Below the pieces are notes generated by a model. The model made no database searches, was not told the DNA's origin, and worked only from the letters and a program-made list of their open reading frames with translations. From NCBI GenBank assembly GCA_002269645.1, contig NIVC01000784.1:1-53771 (forward strand): a DNA stretch of 53,771 bases. The letters run 5' to 3'. The position numbers were made by a program, and so were the translations under genes. Below are positions 28,101 through 37,833 of the stretch, piece by piece (positions within the stretch are counted from its first letter, which is position 1; every line of letters starts with the position of its first letter). The stretch comes from Macrostomum lignano (lineage: Eukaryota).

Positions 28101-31100
28101 CTCGTATTTATGGAAGGAAGAGAAACGGCGCGCGCAATTAGTGAGGCATCGCATAGTTCTCAACTGAGAGCTGCAAACTAATATAAACACGAGCTAGGTG
28201 GACAAAAAAGCAATCAATTGCGAATCTGTACTGTTGTACTCACGACGAACAGGCTTGCTGCCGATTCCAGTCGAGTAGACAGAGTTTCTCCAAGAGCCGC
28301 CGCAGGTTCGTCTTTTGTCGCCTCTACAGCGCGTTCTGCACTGCTTTGCATTGACTCGGCCAAAGCTGCCATATTTGTTGCCGCAGGTGCACGCAGATCC
28401 AGCCTGGAGGCCAAAGTACCTGTAGCCGCGAGACTTGCAGTACTTCAGACAGTACGCCTTTGTGGTCCGGTGACCGGCGCCGTGTACAAGGGGCAAGTCG
28501 CGCTTCGAATTGTCGCGGAAGCAGCCAAGTAGGGTAACTCCGGAGGCGTGCTCTTCGAGTCCGGTAGCGTACACGTCGTTTCTCCAGGAGCCGCCACAGT
28601 AGGTCGTCTTGTCTCCTCTGCACTGGTAGCGGCACTCGCGTTTGTCGCGTCGGCCGTAGCGACCGTAGTGGTTGCCGCACCAGCACTGTTTTCCTATCTG
28701 AACGCCAAAGAATCGGAATCCCTTTTTCTTGCACAGTCCGTAGCACCTTCCAACAGTTATGCTGCCTTTTCCTCCCACAGTTGGAAGATCGCGCCTCCGG
28801 CCGTCAACAAAGCAGCCAATGTGAGACATTCCAGGTGCTTAAAAAAGAAATAGTGGGCACACGCAGGTCAGTAAAACCCCAGCTGGTTGGCTCCTAATCC
28901 AAGACACGGACAGAGCCAGCCCGTTGAAATTTTTTATATATGTCTATAACTTGGGTGTCTTTGGTCTTCTGATCTCTCACTACTAAGCTCAATAATAACT
29001 TCAATTACCAATGTGAGAGCCAAATAACTAAGGCGGCGGATTCGACTAACTTTTCCTGATGATGCAATCAATTGATGTTAACTTACTGACCGTTGTATTG
29101 TATTTGGTGTTCGCAATCTCGAGATTAACTCAAGTCTATGGTAGGTTCTAATTGTTCGGGGGAACCGAAGGTTCAGTCTGTTGTAGGGAAAGGATGTCTA
29201 CTTTTCATTAGCTAAGACTGGGATCGTGTGCTCAGCTTTTGCTTGCTGGAGCGCGTTCATTGGTTGGAAATACATTCAAACTGGATTGAAACTTTCAGGG
29301 CCAAAATGTATCACTTCACCGTTTTACTTTACAAAATGTCTTATGTACCCTACGAGCCTACGAGCGAGCGTGGAAAGCGAATTTTCCGTTTGACTGCACA
29401 CTTACTCTTGAAGCTCTTGGGCTTCAGTCCGGTTGTGAAGACGCTGTTCCTCCATGGTCCACCACATTTGGACCTCTTGTCGCCCTTACAGGTGGACCTG
29501 GCGCAATCCTTGCTCTTCGCTTTTCCATACCGACCGACGGTGTTTCCGCAGGTGCACGCATTGCCGTTTTGCAGACCAAAGTACCTGTAGCCCTTGGCTC
29601 GACAATAGCGGAAGCAGTAAGCCTTTGTCGTCTTGTAGTTGGCAGTGTAAACTACCGGCAAATCCCTGTAGCGATTGTCCTTGAAGCAGCCGACGTACTT
29701 CACTCCGGCCGCTGGAAGGTCAGAAGGGCGTCATTTTAGTTACGACTACGAATATTAAAGGCTCCAACTAGATTCAATCGGCTGGCAACGCCCACCTCTC
29801 TTGGATTAGTCTAGTCTATAAACCATTGTTCATTGAGACATCTATTAGTAGTGCTGCTGGCTAAATGGCTAGATGGCGCAACGAAAAACAGCAGTACACT
29901 AGGATTGCTTGGATCTCCAGAAAGCTACAAGCGTAAACCTGTTGACAGACTCGGTTACCTTTGCTGGCGACGACAACACCCGTCGCGTAGACATTGTTTC
30001 TCCACGCGCCTCCGCAGTAGGTCGACTTGTCTCCTCTGCACTGTACTCTGCACTCCAAGTTTGATCGGATTCTGTACCTGCCATAGTGGTTGCCGCACCA
30101 GCACTGGTAGCCATTTTGCACACCGAAGAAGCGATATTTCCTGGCTTTGCACGCCTTGTAGCACTTTGGCACAGTAACTGATCCGGAGAGAACCAGCTTT
30201 CTAAGATCTCTGGAGCTCTTGTCCAGATAGCAGCCGAGATGCTTCAATCCGGGCACTGAAAGCGGTAGCGACAGACTACTACTGTACACATTATTTGCTG
30301 TCGTTTATGTAAACAACTTATGAGAAAGGCTCAACTCTTGGACGCCCACGCTCTCGCTGATGATATTTAATGCATTTAAAGTTTCAAGATGTCAGACTAA
30401 TTTGCGCACAATTTCAAAATAGCCACCTTATATTGCTTGAAACTACTCGTATTTATGGAAGGAAGAGAAACGGCGCGCGCAATTAGTGAGGCATCGCATA
30501 GTTCTCAACTGAGAGCTGCAAACTAATATAAACACGAGCTAGGTGGACAAAAAAGCAATCAATTGCGAATCTGTACTGTTGTACTCACGACGAACAGGCT
30601 TGCTGCCGATTCCAGTCGAGTAGACAGAGTTTCTCCAAGAGCCGCCGCAGGTTCGTCTTTTGTCGCCTCTACAGCGCGTTCTGCACTGCTTTGCATTGAC
30701 TCGGCCAAAGCTGCCATATTTGTTGCCGCAGGTGCACGCAGATCCAGCCTGGAGGCCAAAGTACCTGTAGCCGCGAGACTTGCAGTACTTCAGACAGTAC
30801 GCCTTTGTGGTCCGGTGACCGGCGCCGTGTACAAGGGGCAAGTCGCGCTTCGAATTGTCGCGGAAGCAGCCAAGTAGGGTAACTCCGGAGGCGTGCTCTT
30901 CGAGTCCGGTAGCGTACACGTCGTTTCTCCAGGAGCCGCCACAGTAGGTCGTCTTGTCTCCTCTGCACTGGTAGCGGCACTCGCGTTTGTCGCGTCGGCC
31001 GTAGCGACCGTAGTGGTTGCCGCACCAGCACTGTTTTCCTATCTGAACGCCAAAGAATCGGAATCCCTTTTTCTTGCACAGTCCGTAGCACCTTCCAACA

Positions 31101-34100
31101 GTTATGCTGCCTTTTCCTCCCACAGTTGGAAGATCGCGCCTCCGGCCGTCAACAAAGCAGCCAATGTGAGACATTCCAGGTGCTTAAAAAAGAAATAGTG
31201 GGCACACGCAGGTCAGTAAAACCCCAGCTGGTTGGCTCCTAATCCAAGACACGGACAGAGCCAGCCCGTTGAAATTTTTTATATATGTCTATAACTTGGG
31301 TGTCTTTGGTCTTCTGATCTCTCACTACTAAGCTCAATAATAACTTCAATTACCAATGTGAGAGCCAAATAACTAAGGCGGCGGATTCGACTAACTTTTC
31401 CTGATGATGCAATCAATTGATGTTAACTTACTGACCGTTGTATTGTATTTGGTGTTCGCAATCTCGAGATTAACTCAAGTCTATGGTAGGTTCTAATTGT
31501 TCGGGGGAACCGAAGGTTCAGTCTGTTGTAGGGAAAGGATGTCTACTTTTCATTAGCTAAGACTGGGATCGTGTGCTCAGCTTTTGCTTGCTGGAGCGCG
31601 TTCATTGGTTGGAAATACATTCAAACTGGATTGAAACTTTCAGGGCCAAAATGTATCACTTCACCGTTTTACTTTACAAAATGTCTTATGTACCCTACGA
31701 GCCTACGAGCGAGCGTGGAAAGCGAATTTTCCGTTTGACTGCACACTTACTCTTGAAGCTCTTGGGCTTCAGTCCGGTTGTGAAGACGCTGTTCCTCCAT
31801 GGTCCACCACATTTGGACCTCTTGTCGCCCTTACAGGTGGACCTGGCGCAATCCTTGCTCTTCGCTTTTCCATACCGACCGACGGTGTTTCCGCAGGTGC
31901 ACGCATTGCCGTTTTGCAGACCAAAGTACCTGTAGCCCTTGGCTCGACAATAGCGGAAGCAGTAAGCCTTTGTCGTCTTGTAGTTGGCAGTGTAAACTAC
32001 CGGCAAATCCCTGTAGCGATTGTCCTTGAAGCAGCCGACGTACTTCACTCCGGCCGCTGGAAGGTCAGAAGGGCGTCATTTTAGTTACGACTACGAATAT
32101 TAAAGGCTCCAACTAGATTCAATCGGCTGGCAACGCCCACCTCTCTTGGATTAGTCTAGTCTATAAACCATTGTTCATTGAGACATCTATTAGTAGTGCT
32201 GCTGGCTAAATGGCTAGATGGCGCAACGAAAAACAGCAGTACACTAGGATTGCTTGGATCTCCAGAAAGCTACAAGCGTAAACCTGTTGACAGACTCGGT
32301 TACCTTTGCTGGCGACGACAACACCCGTCGCGTAGACATTGTTTCTCCACGCGCCTCCGCAGTAGGTCGACTTGTCTCCTCTGCACTGTACTCTGCACTC
32401 CAAGTTTGATCGGATTCTGTACCTGCCATAGTGGTTGCCGCACCAGCACTGGTAGCCATTTTGCACACCGAAGAAGCGATATTTCCTGGCTTTGCACGCC
32501 TTGTAGCACTTTGGCACAGTAACTGATCCGGAGAGAACCAGCTTTCTAAGATCTCTGGAGCTCTTGTCCAGATAGCAGCCGAGATGCTTCAATCCGGGCA
32601 CTGAAAGCGGTAGCGACAGACTACTACTGTACACATTATTTGCTGTCGTTTATGTAAACAACTTATGAGAAAGGCTCAACTCTTGGACGCCCACGCTCTC
32701 GCTGATGATATTTAATGCATTTAAAGTTTCAAGATGTCAGACTAATTTGCGCACAATTTCAAAATAGCCACCTTATATTGCTTGAAACTACTCGTATTTA
32801 TGGAAGGAAGAGAAACGGCGCGCGCAATTAGTGAGGCATCGCATAGTTCTCAACTGAGAGCTGCAAACTAATATAAACACGAGCTAGGTGGACAAAAAAG
32901 CAATCAATTGCGAATCTGTACTGTTGTACTCACGACGAACAGGCTTGCTGCCGATTCCAGTCGAGTAGACAGAGTTTCTCCAAGAGCCGCCGCAGGTTCG
33001 TCTTTTGTCGCCTCTACAGCGCGTTCTGCACTGCTTTGCATTGACTCGGCCAAAGCTGCCATATTTGTTGCCGCAGGTGCACGCAGATCCAGCCTGGAGG
33101 CCAAAGTACCTGTAGCCGCGAGACTTGCAGTACTTCAGACAGTACGCCTTTGTGGTCCGGTGACCGGCGCCGTGTACAAGGGGCAAGTCGCGCTTCGAAT
33201 TGTCGCGGAAGCAGCCAAGTAGGGTAACTCCGGAGGCGTGCTCTTCGAGTCCGGTAGCGTACACGTCGTTTCTCCAGGAGCCGCCACAGTAGGTCGTCTT
33301 GTCTCCTCTGCACTGGTAGCGGCACTCGCGTTTGTCGCGTCGGCCGTAGCGACCGTAGTGGTTGCCGCACCAGCACTGTTTTCCTATCTGAACGCCAAAG
33401 AATCGGAATCCCTTTTTCTTGCACAGTCCGTAGCACCTTCCAACAGTTATGCTGCCTTTTCCTCCCACAGTTGGAAGATCGCGCCTCCGGCCGTCAACAA
33501 AGCAGCCAATGTGAGACATTCCAGGTGCTTAAAAAAGAAATAGTGGGCACACGCAGGTCAGTAAAACCCCAGCTGGTTGGCTCCTAATCCAAGACACGGA
33601 CAGAGCCAGCCCGTTGAAATTTTTTATATATGTCTATAACTTGGGTGTCTTTGGTCTTCTGATCTCTCACTACTAAGCTCAATAATAACTTCAATTACCA
33701 ATGTGAGAGCCAAATAACTAAGGCGGCGGATTCGACTAACTTTTCCTGATGATACAATCAATTGATGTTAACTTACTGACCGTTGTATTGTATTTGGTGT
33801 TCGCAATCTCGAGATTAACTCAAGTCTATGGTAGGTTCTAATTGTTCGGGGGAACCGAAGGTTCAGTCTGTTGTAGGGAAAGGATGTCTACTTTTCATTA
33901 GCTAAGACTGGGATCGTGTGCTCAGCTTTTGCTTGCTGGAGCGCGTTCATTGGTTGGAAATACATTCAAACTGGATTGAAACTTTCAGGGCCAAAATGTA
34001 TCACTTCACCGTTTTACTTTACAAAATGTCTTATGTACCCTACGAGCCTACGAGCGAGCGTGGAAAGCGAATTTTCTGCTTGACTGCACACTTACTCTTG

Positions 34101-37100
34101 AAGCTCTTGGGCTTCAGTCCGGTTGTGAAGACGCTGTTCCTCCATGGTCCACCACATTTGGACCTCTTGTCGCCCTTACAGGTAGACCTGGCGCAATCCT
34201 TGCTCGACGCTCTTCCATACCGACCGACGGTGTTTCCGCAGGTGCACGCATTGCCGTTTTGCAGACCAAAGTACCTGTAGCCCTTGGCTCGACAATAGCG
34301 GAAGCAGTAAGCCTTTGTCGTCTTGTAGTTGGCAGTGTAAACTACCGGCAAATCCCTGTAGCGATTGTCCTTAAAGCAGCCGACGTACTTCACTCCGGCC
34401 GCTGGAAGGTCAGAAGGGCGTCATTTTAGTTACGACTACGAATATTAAAGGCTCCAACTAGATTCAATCGGCTGGCATCGATTAGTCTAGTCTATAAACC
34501 ATTGTTCATTGAGACATCTATTAGTAGATATAGTTTAATATTATTATAGTTTAATTATAGTTTAATTAATAGATTAGTTTAATAGTTTTTAAAAGCCGAA
34601 TTTAGATAGTGGTATTGCACAATAAAAAATAATCTGGCACTCACGCGATGAAACTCGTTTGCATCGACGGTGCCTGACAATTCGACAACGGCATTCTGCA
34701 ATTATATTATTGAAATCGTTACTGTCAGGTAACTGATGTTTGTGGAGTCCCTTTTATAGTAAATTATTATCCAATTTAACAGGCTCCGCGCCTGTTTCAT
34801 ACCATAAGTAGTAAATTACGAGTAGGTTTCAATGCCACGGATAATCCTCTTGGCTGCAACTGTTGCTCGTATGTAAGGTATGTTAAAAAGAAATACTCAC
34901 TGCCTCTGAGAGCCTTTTTGAGCGCCGACGGGCTTCTTGGGAATGCGCTGAAGCTGATTCTTCCTTTTACGGCGCGTCTGAGGAACTCCATCAACTGTGG
35001 ATAGAAATACGAGTAGAAAATACTTATACGTTTGTCGTTGTTCTTGTTGTCCGTGAGCAAGCCATGCCATAGCTGAATCTCTAATAAAACGCCCTACCTT
35101 GTTGAAAGTGCCAGATCGTAGTCGGGAGACCTCTCCAAAAGACTTCCGGGCCAACTGCTTAAACTCTGGCGCTTTTCCACACATGTTTCCGCTCTCGACG
35201 GTAAACACTCGAATTCGCTTCCTCTTCGCCAGTGAAGACACCTGGCCCACTCGTCTCTTGTCCTTGGCTGAAGCGTCAGTAAACAGGAGCATGACGGAGT
35301 TCGAGTCCGCGCTCTTTGCAGCATCCAGAGCTCCTGACATAGCGTACTCGGACAGTCACCGCCTCCTCTGGCAGACAATCTTTTCAGGAAGTTTCTCACA
35401 GCAGTGATACTCCTCGTCTTGATTACTCGCCTCACATACGGATCGCCAAAGGTTGCAACAACATAGTTGCTAAATCGAGTGTTAGCAGAGAGAATTCGCC
35501 GGATGTTGCTCTTTACCGAGTTAATCACGCTTCCCATGCTTCCGGTAATGTCAATAACAAAGATCAGCGAGCCCAACTTCCGTCCAGGAGATATCGGGCA
35601 CAGCGGCAGGTGCGACGCGAGGTCACAGACAACCTTGATCCTGATGGGCATGCTGCAAAAAATATTATACTTTTTCTTCATTGTGATTACACATGCAACG
35701 TAAAACTCAGTCGGCGATAGGAAATGTATATTTTATCGAAATCAAAGTGATTTTCATTATAAACAGCTTCAGAATACCATGACATACGACTAGCGAAACT
35801 TACACCTAGGCTTCTTGCTAGGAACCGATCGCGAGCCGATGAACTTGTAGCTAAGCCTGTATCTGCCGTAGCGTCTCGTCTTGACGCCGTTGCGTCTAGT
35901 GGATCGGTACGAGCTGCGACCCCTCAACACTCGAACACGGATGTACTTTGTCTGGCCGTTCCTCACAATTCCTGCATGTACGGCGGCCTTGCTAAGCGAC
36001 GAGTCGGCAGTGTAGATCCCGCTCCCCCACACGTTTCCTCTCAATCGACCAGTCACTCGGAACTCGAAGCACTGACCGACCTTGGACTTGTAGCTCGACA
36101 GGCTTGACGGTGTAGATCTCACCCGTTTGCAGCCTAGCGCTCGTGGGCATTTAACGTTTCATAATATTATTCAAAATTCGAGTGTAAGTTTTACGAGCTA
36201 GTGTTGCATATTAGAAACGGCAACTGCATATTAAAAACTTTAAATCCATATCGAATTTAATAAAGTAAGCCAAGTGAGCATTTGTAAAACACAATTGAAT
36301 TTGGTGAGCACAAAATGCGTAAGGAGTTAAACTGATGACAAAGGCATCGGGATATTTTTAGATCAGGGACTCTGATCCGTGTGGACACCGTCAGGATTCA
36401 TCAAAATGGGCTATATTACAGATGCATCAAGGAAACTTGGATATACGCTCGTATAGTGTTTGGGGTAGTGCCAGAATGCTAAACTCTGGGCACTAACTAA
36501 GTAACCTATATTATCCGCACGCATCGTTAATGCACATCATTCTCTCCCGTTTTCTTCGCTTTGTCTGGCCACCTCTCTAAGCTTTCATGTACGTAGTACG
36601 TAACTGTATTTTGTAATTCTATCGGCCACCACTCATGTCATCATTAAATAGGCTACTTGCAAGTTGAAATAGACCATAAATTTTTGCCGACCACAGTCAA
36701 GGAGAACTAAACGTACGAGCTAGTAATGTTTATTTTAGATCCACTGAGCCTAGAGAGACAGCGATTTTAAAGCTAACCCTTTCATTGGTGGACCCTGCAG
36801 TTCATGTGCTGTCTACAAGGGCAAGCGGCGCGTATATATCGATACTGTACTCTCTTTTCTGGCCAGCGTCATGTCAAGCGTTTTCAGGTGTTGATGCGGA
36901 GAATGTACTCACGGGAGCCAGTCGACCGAGTTGCATAGACATTATTTCTCCAGTGAGAGCCGCACTTCTCTCTGGAGTTGCCTCTGCAGGCCATGTTGCA
37001 CTCGCGTCCTGGTCGCTTTCCGTGCTTGCCGTACGAGTTGCCGCACCAGCACTCCTTGGAGAACTGCACACCGAAGTAGCGGTACGAGCTGCACAGACGG

Positions 37101-37833
37101 CCACACCTCTCCACGCTCATGCTGGACGATGACTGTGCCAGTTTTGGCAGGTCACGATTTCTACTATCTTTGTAGCATCCTTTGTATTCGAAGCCATGGG
37201 CTACAATGCGTGTTTTTTAGGACGTTTTGTTCTTTCTTTGAGCTTCGATGTACAAAGTTTGAAAGTTTTAATCACCACCGCAAAAGTGATAATTGCTCTT
37301 CGTAGAAATATTTCCCATAAAAATCCTTCTACAATTTTGGTTTCATTCCTAAAGGCAAATACTGAATAGGCGCAGATGCTATAAAATCTAACAACATGGA
37401 TTGAAAAGATGCAACAGTAATTATGATACAATAGTCTCATACTACGAGTAGCACCACTAAGGCATTCTTCGTCAGCATTAGGAGCTATACAATTGCTCTA
37501 TTCAGTCACTGCTGGATGACAACTTGTGCCAATCACGTGCTTGCAGGATAATCTGCTTGCAGCGGCGCATTACTTTCAATTAACTATAAATATGCGCCAA
37601 GATATGGAAACATCCCACAGAATTTTAAAGATATCCTCACCACCAAAACAATCCAAGCAGTTCTTTAGAGTAAGTTCTTAGTCTGCGAGTAGAGACTAAT
37701 CATCTACGAGCTATGAAGGTAATTTGACTCCTGACAACACTACCCGCAATGCAACCGACCCTGAAAGAAACTTACAGGCAGTTATGCCGCCCAGGCAAAT
37801 TGCGAAGAGCAGGCACCAACCGGCTTGAGCCAT
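1..37833 (-). CDS. Giant secreted multi-WSC protein (signal peptide-WSC-LCCL-VWA-[WSC]x64+), spliced, 3'-partial (continues past left edge)
   Basis: Spliced model with GT/AG sites and consistent phases: 37833-37776, 37200-36913, 36133-35804, 35652-35098, 34994-34901, then 50 array exons from 34401 down to position 1. All introns are phase 1 except the phase-0 intron 35097-34995. Exon 4 needs two +1 nt corrections. Confidence 0.85.
2243..2539 (-). CDS. Array exon type C (chimeric single WSC), copy 1; other copies at 9444-9740, 14720-15016 and 19995-20291
   Basis: 297 nt, acceptor ttttaag|CACCTGGA, donor AGCAAAG|gtaacc. Body matches the first domain of D; tail VVVASK matches B. Confidence 0.9.
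32304..32600 (-). CDS. Array exon type B (single WSC, 297 nt), representative copy
   Basis: Acceptor ctttcag|TGCCCGGA, donor AGCAAAG|gtaacc; encodes PGLKHLGCYLDKSSRDL...WRNNVYATGVVVASK. Confidence 0.9.
32934..33527 (-). CDS. Array exon type D (two WSC domains, 594 nt), representative copy
   Basis: Acceptor ttttaag|CACCTGGA, donor GTTCGTC|gtgagt; encodes PGMSHIGC...YATGLEEHASGVTLLGC...YSTGIGSKPVR. Confidence 0.9.
34096..34401 (-). CDS. Array exon type A (single WSC, 306 nt), first array exon in transcription order
   Basis: Acceptor cttccag|CGGCCGGA, donor TTCAAGA|gtaagt; joins in frame to the upstream exon ending GGC A. Confidence 0.9.
34528..34590. repeat. AT-rich low-complexity (TAGTTTAAT)-like tract at the array edge
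   Basis: About four TAGTTTAAT-like units begin exactly where homology to the array intron stops. Confidence 0.7.
34901..34994 (-). CDS. Exon 5: end of VWA domain and linker (LMEFLRRAVKGRISFSAFPRSPSALKKALRG)
   Basis: Acceptor tatccacag|TTG, donor GGCA|gtgagt; 94 nt converts phase 0 to phase 1. Confidence 0.75.
35098..35652 (-). CDS. Exon 4: Cys-containing linker plus von Willebrand factor A domain of hemicentin-1/VWA7 type
   Basis: Motifs LIFVIDITGSM (MIDAS-like DxTxS), GGGDCP-EYAMSG and LLFTDASAKD. Acceptor ttttgcag|CA, donor AACAAG|gtaggg. Two 1-nt deletions (~35590 and ~35350) must be corrected. Confidence 0.8.
35804..36133 (-). CDS. Exon 3: LCCL domain
   Basis: VWGSGIYTADSSLSKAAVHAGIV...YIRVRVLRGRSSYRSTRRNGVKT matches the LCCL signature (VWG..IY..DS..C.AAVHAG..G..SY.GS..NG), although the usual Cys is replaced. 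Donor AGGT|gtaagt; the acceptor is less certain. Confidence 0.85.
36913..37200 (-). CDS. Exon 2: unique, divergent N-terminal WSC domain
   Basis: HGFEYKGCYKDSRNRDLPKL...CGRLCSSYRYFGVQFSKECWCG...CGSHWRNNVY; acceptor ttgtag|CC, donor TCCC|gtgagt; 288 nt. Confidence 0.9.
37776..37833 (-). CDS. Exon 1: start codon and signal peptide MAQAGWCLLFAICLGGITA
   Basis: ATG at 37833, hydrophobic core, small residues before the predicted cleavage (ITA|S), perfect donor T|gtaagt in the phase exon 2 requires. Confidence 0.8.

Larger units (their letters stand above)
1..34527 (-). repeat. Tandem exon/intron array of WSC-domain exons: 18 A, 14 B (one partial), 4 C, 14 D (double domain)
   Basis: Near-identical ORFs recur (VGCFKDNR, LGCYLDKS, IGCFVDGR, LGCFRDNS). 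Each has 8 Cys and the WSC pattern GC..D..RDL..C...C...Y.FFG.Q.G..C.CG....C...C.GD....CGG.WRN.VY. Introns are as homogeneous as exons. Confidence 0.97.
25166..34527 (-). repeat. Monomer block: four AL-D-B units of ~2,345 bp
   Basis: A-exon ORF ends at 34393, 32048, 29703, 27358 and 25018. One unit is exons 306+594+297 plus introns 568+333+247 = 2345. Confidence 0.92.

Noticed and set aside
506-34280. Recurrent plus-strand ORFs (MRICTVV, MRHLLVV, MVHHIWT, MLFESGS, MTAHLLL and others) and alternative-frame minus ORFs
   Set aside because: They are shadows of the minus-strand WSC exons; they recur only because the array does, and show no domain motifs.
528-34393. Treating each WSC ORF (MKYVGC, MYSSSL, MSHIGC) as a separate small gene
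   Set aside because: The starts are GTG/ATG codons inside exons or in intron sequence and the ends are read-through into introns. Each is bounded by canonical splice sites and none has its own signal peptide.
35094-35681. ORF-track start MKKKYNIFCSMPIRIKVV for the VWA protein
   Set aside because: It begins in intron sequence. The phase-1 junction from the LCCL exon gives S-CPSGSRL instead, implying an indel upstream of the VWA core.
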